DNA of 16,108 nucleotides, taken from the NCBI GenBank assembly GCA_038243585.1, contig JBBSQY010000063.1, forward strand, positions 1 to 16,108, in the 5' to 3' direction. This document shows, piece by piece, positions 9,895 to 16,108 of the stretch; position 1 is the first letter of the stretch, and every line of letters starts with the position of its first letter. The stretch comes from Candidatus Sumerlaeales bacterium (lineage in GTDB: Bacteria > Sumerlaeota > Sumerlaeia > Sumerlaeales > Sumerlaeaceae). The notes below the pieces were generated by a model, which was given only the letters and a program-made list of their open reading frames with translations, did not search any database and was not told the origin of the DNA. The position numbers and the translations under genes were made by a program.

Positions 9895-10006
9895 GGCGGC
9901 TTAGAGGTGACACATTCCCTCTGCGCGTCCACATACAAAAAATTTCAAATGCCGTAGTGTCTTGCTGTCAAGCACCGTAGTCTTACCGGGAATGTGTCTT
10001 GCCGCC
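9895..10006. repeat. Inverted-repeat-bounded intergenic element with internal direct repeats and a TTGACA hexamer
   Basis: GACACATTCCC (9909-9919) and GGGAATGTGTC (9988-9998) form a perfect 11-bp inverted repeat. Outer GGCGGC (9895-9900) pairs with GCCGCC (10001-10006). Direct repeats GTGTCTTGC (9957, 9994) and CCGTAGT (9952, 9975). Minus-strand TTGACA at 9966-9971. Confidence 0.6.
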
Positions 10007-10020
10007 CCGGAGCAGTTGCA

Positions 10021-12864
10021 TCAAATTCGTTGAGATTCAGGTTGTATCTGCGAAGACACAAATGGCCCGCTTGTGCCTGTCCTTGCTTGTGGCTTAATGC
10101 ACACCCGCTCAAGTTTTAGGTTCATTCGCAGCCCGTAACGCGGATCGGTTACAATGGCTGTGTCTGCCAGTTCTTTCGTTGCTGCCTTGCCTAGTTCGCG
10201 GGTTAGCGTGCTTTTGTGGGCGCTGATCTGTTGTGGTTCCACCTTTTCTCCCGGCCATACGATTTCGTCGATAGACAGATAAGTCACCGTGTTTCCACAC
10301 CTCTCCGCGAGCAGGCAGAGAAGTGCATAAGGTTTCGGTGGCAGGCGCAGACGCCTGCCGTAAAAAATTACGCAACCGGGGTCGGCAGAGTTCAGGATCA
10401 GGTCATACCGGTCTACGCGCCTGCTGACGGCGTTCGCCAGATTTTCCGTGTTGGGTTCATCTGCGGCTCCCGCCGGTGGCTCCTGCGTCTCACATTTAAT
10501 CGATGATGGTGGCGCGTTACTCAGGCGCATTTCGTCATCTTTCGTTGATGCCCTTTTGTCGTTGTGATCTTTCAGACGTTCCGATAGGCGCTGCCTTAGA
10601 AAATCAGGCAGCAGATTTTTCAGATCGTGTTCACCCGCGGCTTTCAGGGCTGCCATGGAATCATAGCCATCGGCCGCGAGACGATTTAAAAACGTGCGCG
10701 ATAAACCAGAAACCTGCAACTGGGACAACCGCGCGGCCCGTTGCGTAAGCCCCTGGGGCAACCGCCCCGCCAGCCGCCTGATCGCGTTTCCCACCTCCTC
10801 CGGACACTGCGCCGCCGCGGCGCATGACGCCAACCCGCCGACCAGCCACGCCAGGTGCGCCGCCAAAGCCGCAACTGTTCCGGCGACCACGCGAAACTGC
10901 TCCTCCACCTCAGCGGTTGATTTTTTCGAAACCCATTCCCCCGCAATTACAGCCATTTTCAGCGCCCCGTGGCCGGCCAGAGCCAGACCGCCGGCCGGCT
11001 CCATCAGCCGCCGCAGCTCGTCGCTCCGTAGCTCTCCGCCACGATCCATACGTTCCCGCGCGGCCCGCAGCCAAAGATTGCTCTTCATTTCCGCCGCCGT
11101 GGCGGACAAAGCAAAAGCTTCTCCGTCCGCCGTGAATGCGCATAAGCATAGTATCTCAAAATCGGCCGGCGTCCTCGTTCTCCAGGCGCTGCAGAAGCTC
11201 ATCATTTCCCGAATGGTTTCCGCGCGAAATCCGCCTGCCGCCATGGCCTGTCCAGATCCGGTCAGGCGCAACCGATGCCCCCCGCTCTCGTCGATCAGTT
11301 GCAGATCAAGAAGCCCCCTAATACACTCGCCCAGCCGGTCTTCCAGCGCGCGATCCGCCGTGACCGCCCCGGAATGCCACGCGAAGGTATGGGCCAGCGC
11401 GGCGTGGATTCCGGAATAGCTGTCGGCGAGGCCGGAATGAACGCATTCGAGGACAAAATGATCCATGCTGTGATCGGTAAACGCTCGCGACACACTCTCC
11501 GGCTGAGCCTGAACGTAAGCGCGAGACAGCCGCGCCGCCTCGAGATGACTGCCAGCAATGAGGATACTTCGGCCAAACGGCTCGCCTGCCCCAAGCCGAC
11601 CAGCGCGCCCGGCCTGATTACGGTATCGGCTCACGCTCAGCGGCGCCTGCGCCGCCCGCTGCGTGTTGCCACTGCCATGACCACGCAACATGATGGGGAT
11701 TTGAATCACGTTTTTCGCCCGCAGATTGACCCCCTGCGCCAGCGTGGGCGTTGCCACCAGCACACGGATGCTGCCCGCTTCGAAAGACTTTTCCACCATC
11801 GACCGCAACTCCGCAGTCAGTTCGGAATTGTGAAACGCGACCCCCGCCGGCATACACTCCAGCAGCTGGCGCCGGACGAGTGAATCCTCTGCCAGGCGCA
11901 GTTCATCCCACATCGGGCTACTCACTTCGTCAGCCTGAACGCCCATCTCCGACGCCACAGCTATACAAAGCTGACGGCTCAGGGCCCGGGTGGGCACAAA
12001 CAACAGACAATTCTCACCCGCCAGCGCCAGGGCAGTACAAAGTTCCACTATTCCCGCAGAACAATCGCCGTCACCGTCATTGCCCGCAGCAGTTTGCCGG
12101 TCCCGGATGTCGGCCGGCAGCAGCTCATCGGTCCATTCCCGTTGGGCCGCCGTCCGATAATGAAACGCGTTATGCTCTCTGCAATAGATTCCTTCGCGCA
12201 ACTCCGCGGGGCGCACTGTCGACATCAGCAGTTCCGCGTCCAGCCAGGCGGCGAGTGTGTCTCCATTCTCCACTACCGCTGATAGCCCCACCACCTGAAC
12301 GCGAGGCTCCGCCCTGGTCAGTCGCGTCAGCAGCAGGTCCGCAGTTTCACCCCGTTCCTGATCGCCCAAAATCTGCAACTCATCTGCCACCGCGACCCCC
12401 ATGGAAAATATCATGTCCGGGCACGAGACCAGAAACGCACGTAGCTTTTCGTAAACCATGACGGCAAAATCGTAATCGCCGCGCCGGATGGCGGCGTCGT
12501 GACGGGTGTAATCGGCGGTCGCCATCGCCACGCGAATTCCCAATGGGGCATAACGGCTTTCGAGATGCCGAAACTGCTCAGCCACCAGCGCACGGGTAGG
12601 ACAAAGAAAGACCGCTTTGCGACCCGCCTGCCAGTGGCGCACCGCCGCCATTTCGCCGACGAACGTTTTACCGGCAGAGGTGGGCGCCAGCGCCAGAACG
12701 TTCGAGCCGCGCAGAAGTCCCGTGCGCATTACCGCATCCACCTGTAGCGGCATAAGCTGCACGACGCCGGAGTTTACCCAGCAGGCAATGACTTCAGGTT
12801 CAAATCCATAAGCGGCCAGATGCCCCGCCGGCAGAGGATCGCGAGTAAGTGAGTAAGTGTTCAT
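10021..12864 (-). CDS. Hel308/Ski2-like SF2 helicase with helix-hairpin-helix region and C-terminal OmpR/PhoB-type winged-helix DNA-binding domain
   Basis: Q motif LMPLQ, motif I APTSAGKT, Ia PTRAL, Ib VYEKL, II VADELQ, III LSA, IV LLFVPTR, V VATPTLAQGVNL, VI QAGRAGR. Hel308-like C-terminal domains (EWVSKKSTAEVEEQFRV.AG...AWL; RLPQGL; LQVSGLSR..LNRL..DGY). Terminal segment LRLPPKPYALLCLLAERCGNTVTYLSIDEIVWPGE...ISAHKSTLTRELG...IVTDPRYGLRM resembles Trans_reg_C. Confidence 0.85.
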   Translation of the reverse strand: MNTYSLTRDPLPAGHLAAYGFEPEVIACWVNSGVVQLMPLQVDAVMRTGLLRGSNVLALAPTSAGKTFVGEMAAVRHWQAGRKAVFLCPTRALVAEQFRHLESRYAPLGIRVAMATADYTRHDAAIRRGDYDFAVMVYEKLRAFLVSCPDMIFSMGVAVADELQILGDQERGETADLLLTRLTRAEPRVQVVGLSAVVENGDTLAAWLDAELLMSTVRPAELREGIYCREHNAFHYRTAAQREWTDELLPADIRDRQTAAGNDGDGDCSAGIVELCTALALAGENCLLFVPTRALSRQLCIAVASEMGVQADEVSSPMWDELRLAEDSLVRRQLLECMPAGVAFHNSELTAELRSMVEKSFEAGSIRVLVATPTLAQGVNLRAKNVIQIPIMLRGHGSGNTQRAAQAPLSVSRYRNQAGRAGRLGAGEPFGRSILIAGSHLEAARLSRAYVQAQPESVSRAFTDHSMDHFVLECVHSGLADSYSGIHAALAHTFAWHSGAVTADRALEDRLGECIRGLLDLQLIDESGGHRLRLTGSGQAMAAGGFRAETIREMMSFCSAWRTRTPADFEILCLCAFTADGEAFALSATAAEMKSNLWLRAARERMDRGGELRSDELRRLMEPAGGLALAGHGALKMAVIAGEWVSKKSTAEVEEQFRVVAGTVAALAAHLAWLVGGLASCAAAAQCPEEVGNAIRRLAGRLPQGLTQRAARLSQLQVSGLSRTFLNRLAADGYDSMAALKAAGEHDLKNLLPDFLRQRLSERLKDHNDKRASTKDDEMRLSNAPPSSIKCETQEPPAGAADEPNTENLANAVSRRVDRYDLILNSADPGCVIFYGRRLRLPPKPYALLCLLAERCGNTVTYLSIDEIVWPGEKVEPQQISAHKSTLTRELGKAATKELADTAIVTDPRYGLRMNLKLERVCIKPQARTGTSGPFVSSQIQPESQRI

Positions 12865-12871
12865 GCGTAGT

Positions 12872-12901
12872 GGAATACGAGATAATGAACCGGGCTGTCA
12901 A
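12872..12901 (-). promoter_or_regulatory. Putative sigma70-type promoter of the helicase, possibly leaderless
   Basis: Perfect -35 TTGACA (12901-12896), 18-nt spacer, weak -10 TATTCC (12877-12872), then 7 nt before the ATG at 12864. No SD visible. Confidence 0.45.
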
Positions 12902-12908
12902 CTAAAAC

Positions 12909-12924
12909 TAGAACAAATGTTCTA
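12909..12924. promoter_or_regulatory. Putative LexA (SOS/Cheo-type) operator
   Basis: TAGAAC-AAAT-GTTCTA has perfectly complementary 6-bp arms. Its core matches the Gram-positive-type SOS box GAAC-RNRY-GTTC. It sits 7 bp upstream of the -35 of a DNA helicase gene. Confidence 0.7.
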
Positions 12925-12960
12925 CAAATTAACCCCTAAGGCGTCTAGCCAGAGCCTGAA

Positions 12961-13135
12961 TGAAGTAGCATAGGCGTCCCGCCTGTGTAGGCTTATTGCG
13001 GGAAGTTAATACAGTTCCCCCGTGGAACGTCTTGTTGTACTACGTCAAAATGCATCTGGAGAAATACTTTGCACAGGCGGGACGCCTATGCTACTTCAAT
13101 AGCTTGCGCGGACACAGGCGGGACGCCTATGCTAC
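12961..13135. repeat. Cluster of three GTAG-family REP-like palindromic repeats (REPIN/BIME-like)
   Basis: 23-mer GTAGCATAGGCGTCCCGCCTGTG at 12965-12987 (+), with exact reverse-complement copies at 13072-13094 and 13113-13135. Copies 1 and 2 extend to a 27-bp perfect inverted repeat (12961-12987/13072-13098). Each unit is GTAG plus hairpin CATAGGCG-TCC-CGCCTGTG. Confidence 0.85.
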
Positions 13136-13167
13136 CTCAGCTGTCTATGCTATCTTTCAGGATAGGC

Positions 13168-13404
13168 CTACCGCCGCGTGGCGCGACGGTTTATCGGGGG
13201 CGGTTCAGGACTTTCTCTCGTGATCGTGGCGCCGATAGCATCGTTCAGCTGCGATTCCAGCTCCTCGGCTTTCAGCTTATACTGCGTTGCCCGAGACGCA
13301 AATAGAATCACCCCTCCAATCAGGAGCGCGTTAAACAGCAACAGCCAGACAACGAGATCCGTAAGGCCTTGGATCAGTGGTATCTTTGTAAGATAATCGT
13401 TCAT
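13168..13404 (-). CDS. Small hypothetical single-pass membrane protein, 78 aa
   Basis: ATGA overlap with the yicC stop codon. One hydrophobic helix (LVVWLLLFNALLIGGVILFA), a short coiled-coil-like segment (YKLKAEELESQLNDAI) and a Pro/Arg tail. Confidence 0.65.
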   Translation of the reverse strand: MNDYLTKIPLIQGLTDLVVWLLLFNALLIGGVILFASRATQYKLKAEELESQLNDAIGATITRESPEPPPINRRATRR

Positions 13405-14300
13405 TCCAGATTCTGCACCTGTTCCCGGATTTTCTCAATCTCGCTCTTCATCGATACTATGCGCGACGCTACCGCTACGCCGCGTGCCTTGTTGCCAATT
13501 GTGTTGGTTTCGCGCAGAAGCTCCTGCACAAGAAAATCCATGGATTTGCCTACCGGCTCGCCGGAATCACGGTTCGCCATCGCGCGAAACGATTTCAGAT
13601 GAGCGTCCAGCCGCACGAGCTCTTCCGTAATGTCGCTCTTGTCCGCAAAAAGCATGATCTCAGTTTCCACCCGCACCGGATCCATTGCCGCGTCCAGGGT
13701 CTTGCCGAGGAGTTCGATTCGATCTTTCAGGCGCTTGCGATACTCTTCAAGCAGAACATCCTTAACCTGCTCCACCTCGCCTCGGAAGGCGGATAGGTTA
13801 TCCAGGTGTTCGTTAATGGCGTCTACCAGTTCGCGTCCTTCGGTCTGGCGGGCCTGTTCCAACGCGTTTACGGCCTCATGCACGGCAGTAATGACCAGCT
13901 GGGTAAGAGGGCCATCTTCCGCAGCGACAGTGCCGGGGCTGACGACTCCGGGAAGCTGCAGCAGCGCGCCAAGGTCTATATTGTCTGCGCCGGCGGAATC
14001 AACCCCTGCCAGGGCGGCCTTTACCTGGGCAGCGTAATGGCGCAGCGCCGTCGGGTTGATATTATATAGCGCCTGAGCTTCCTCAGCAGGGACAAAACGG
14101 ATAAACATATCCACCTTGCCTCGACGCAGCCGGCGCTTGACCTCGTCGCGGATGCGCGGCTCGATGGAGTTAAGCTCTCTGGGCAGCCGCACAGAAAAAT
14201 CGAGAAACCGGTTGTTGACCGATTTTACATCAATGGAAATTTCGCCAAACGCCGGATCGGAGGTGATTGCCGATCCGAATCCTGTCATACTTTTTATCAT
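13401..14300 (-). CDS. yicC: YicC/YloC family endoribonuclease
   Basis: MIKSMTGFG start, KSVNNRFLD, RRGKVD, ARQTEG, ADKSDITEELVRLDAH, GKSMDFLVQELLRETNTIGNK, EIEKIREQVQNLE end; 299 aa; GAGGT SD-like sequence upstream. Confidence 0.95.
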   Translation of the reverse strand: MIKSMTGFGSAITSDPAFGEISIDVKSVNNRFLDFSVRLPRELNSIEPRIRDEVKRRLRRGKVDMFIRFVPAEEAQALYNINPTALRHYAAQVKAALAGVDSAGADNIDLGALLQLPGVVSPGTVAAEDGPLTQLVITAVHEAVNALEQARQTEGRELVDAINEHLDNLSAFRGEVEQVKDVLLEEYRKRLKDRIELLGKTLDAAMDPVRVETEIMLFADKSDITEELVRLDAHLKSFRAMANRDSGEPVGKSMDFLVQELLRETNTIGNKARGVAVASRIVSMKSEIEKIREQVQNLE

Positions 14301-14398
14301 GATTATACGCTACCTCTGAGGTTGAAAAGCTATTACAGATTTCACGCGTGCCGCGAAATTTCAGCGCAGAGCCACGCGATGGGAAAGCAGGATAATCC

Positions 14399-15667
14399 TT
14401 AAAGCAGCGTTTCCGCCGCCACGTGAGAGGCGCTGTAGATGTGATTTAGAATCTGTCCGCCAGCCCCCAGCAACACAGCGTCTTCTCCCAGGCTACTAAA
14501 TCTTATCCGTGTCTTTTCCATGATGAAAGGCACGGCAGATCGTTTCGCAGCTTTAATAAATAAATCCTGAAACGAAGCGACGTGGGGAGCTATGGGGCCG
14601 CCAAGCACGATGGTTTCGGGATCGAATAGATTATCTGCCATGACAATTCCCAAGGCCAGATGCTGGCTGAACTGCTCCAGCACCCCCCGGGCCGCCTCCT
14701 CTTTGTGGGCCCGGTCCGCCAGCTGCGCAATACTTACGGATTCGATATCGGGAAACAGGCCGGCCTCCACCGCCAGCCGCGCCAGGCCGCTGCCGGAGAC
14801 GATGTTTTCCAGACAGCCACTAGAACCGCAGTGGCATGGGATGCCCGGCTGTCCCAGGGGCACATGACCTATCTCCCCGGCAAGGCCGTGGTTTCCGCTC
14901 AACATCTTGCCATCGACAATACAGCCAATGCCGAGGCCGTCGCTCAGGTTGAAAATCACCGCGTTTCTCATGCCTTTGGCATTCCCAAACCATTGCTCGG
15001 CAATGGCAACCAGGCGCGAATCGGTTTCGGCACTGACAGGCACCTTCAGCGCGGCTTCGAGAGCTGCACAAATAGGTTTGGTGGCAACCGCGTGACTTTT
15101 TGCGGCGTATTGCTTAAAAACAAATCCTTCGAAAGACAACCCTGCCCCGGCCAGCGGCGGTAGATCGCCATGATGAGTTTTAAGGAAGTCAATTACAGCG
15201 GACACCAGCCAATCCCCCTGCTGTTCCGGGGAATCATCGAAATCCGACGCCTGTTCCGTCCGAACAAGCACTTTTCCCTGTAAATCCAGTAACGCGATTA
15301 CGGTCCGATGGCGGCCGACATCGATCCCCATCACACAGGCGGCGCTGGAGTTCAGTTGCAGAGGTATGGGGCGGCGACCCATTTGAGCGCTTATTTTCAC
15401 CGGCATTTCAGAAATGACATTATCCGCGACTAAAGCCGCAACCAACAGCGATACCGTACGCAAATTAAAACCCAGCGCCCGCGACACGTCGACCCGGCTG
15501 GCCGGTCCGTGGTGTAAAAGGTGGTTGAGGATTTGGCCCTTGCGAAGCTGCCGTATGGCCGCCATTCGTTCGGCGGGCGTCTCCGCCTCGCCACTGAAAT
15601 AAAGCTGAACCCGTCGCGGGAAATTATCGTCGTCTGCCGTGGAGTCATCGTAATTTTGCTTAACCAT
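14399..15667 (-). CDS. ROK-family transcriptional repressor (NagC/XylR/Mlc-like)
   Basis: N-terminal HTH (ILNHLLHHGPASRVDVSRALGFNLRTVSLLVAALV), GRRP linker, GIDVG, GLGIGCIVDG, AGEIGH, zinc motif CHCGSSGCLE, DPETIVLGG. The start is probably ATG 15667 or 15682 rather than TTG 15778. Confidence 0.9.
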   Translation of the reverse strand: MVKQNYDDSTADDDNFPRRVQLYFSGEAETPAERMAAIRQLRKGQILNHLLHHGPASRVDVSRALGFNLRTVSLLVAALVADNVISEMPVKISAQMGRRPIPLQLNSSAACVMGIDVGRHRTVIALLDLQGKVLVRTEQASDFDDSPEQQGDWLVSAVIDFLKTHHGDLPPLAGAGLSFEGFVFKQYAAKSHAVATKPICAALEAALKVPVSAETDSRLVAIAEQWFGNAKGMRNAVIFNLSDGLGIGCIVDGKMLSGNHGLAGEIGHVPLGQPGIPCHCGSSGCLENIVSGSGLARLAVEAGLFPDIESVSIAQLADRAHKEEAARGVLEQFSQHLALGIVMADNLFDPETIVLGGPIAPHVASFQDLFIKAAKRSAVPFIMEKTRIRFSSLGEDAVLLGAGGQILNHIYSASHVAAETLL

Positions 15668-15812
15668 ATATGACTGATACATCCGGGGATCGGGCTGCGC
15701 TAGAGAAAAATTCGGACAAGTTTGACGGATGAAGAACTTAGACAGGTCGGACTTGCGTTTCTCTTTCCGGCAGAACAAATCGATATTAGAAAGTTACGGA
15801 GGATTTTGCCAG

Positions 15813-16108
15813 ATGCGAGTGCAGCTGTGGTGTGACATGGAAGGCGTCGCCGGAATTACCAAGTGGGACCAAGTAAACGGCGGAGCGCCCCAGTATGAGG
15901 AAGGGCGGCGCCTTTATACCAACGAAACCAACGCCGTCATACGCGGTTGCAAACGCGCTGGCGCTACAGAAATTGTGGCGATAGACGGCCACGGAGCCGG
16001 CGGCGAATGGTCATTCAACTCCTGGATTCACGACAAGCTGGAACCCGGCGCGGAATACATCACCGGCTACCGCTGGGGCTGTTATGTGGAAGGATTCAAA
16101 GACGGCAT
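15813..16108 (+). CDS. M55 family D-aminopeptidase (DppA-like), 3'-truncated
   Basis: Not in the ORF track because it runs off the window. SD GGAGG at 15798-15802, ATG 15813. Translation MRVQLWCDMEGVAGITKWDQV...YEEGRRLYTNETNAVIRG...GATEIVAIDGHG... contains the M55 metal-binding DMEG and DxHG motifs. Confidence 0.9.
   Translation, partial: MRVQLWCDMEGVAGITKWDQVNGGAPQYEEGRRLYTNETNAVIRGCKRAGATEIVAIDGHGAGGEWSFNSWIHDKLEPGAEYITGYRWGCYVEGFKDG

Noticed and set aside
9895..10006. Retron msr-msd or IS/MITE ends
   Set aside because: No reverse transcriptase or transposase in the window and no target-site duplication seen; kept only as an unexplained IR element.
12961..13135. Possible CRISPR array
   Set aside because: Only three copies, in mixed orientation, with 84- and 18-nt gaps and no cas genes; GTAG-hairpin structure fits REP elements.
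12996..13396. Short plus-strand ORFs (12996..13223, 13069..13305, 13178..13396)
   Set aside because: They run through REP repeats (repeated RRDAYATS) or are antisense to the 78-aa ORF.
15683..15992. ROK start at TTG 15778 and 68-aa minus ORF 15786..15992
   Set aside because: The extension has no ROK-like content and would fill the divergent promoter region; the small ORF is antisense to the M55 peptidase.

Overview
Bacterial window, mostly housekeeping, with an accessory block in the middle. Plus strand: 5'-truncated GATase-like/vWA membrane protein (<3..1955), then 2-oxoglutarate dehydrogenase sucA (2303..5134) and sucB (5065..6663). This SucB has two lipoyl domains and no recognisable E3-binding domain. 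Minus strand, converging on sucB, in transcription order: a ROK-family repressor, yicC with a coupled small membrane protein, three GTAG-type REP repeats, a promoter with a perfect GAAC-N4-GTTC (LexA/SOS-type) palindrome, a full-length Hel308/Ski2-like helicase fused to a C-terminal OmpR/PhoB-type winged helix, a repeat-rich intergenic region, an MmeI-like Type IIL restriction-modification enzyme with a low-GC target-recognition segment, and a frameshifted ankyrin-repeat relic. A 3'-truncated M55 (DppA-like) peptidase, absent from the ORF track, starts at 15813 on the plus strand. The best candidate for a new system is the apparently SOS-controlled helicase-wHTH fusion next to the Type IIL enzyme; a functional link between them is inference only. 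All family calls come from motif recognition by eye, not database searches.
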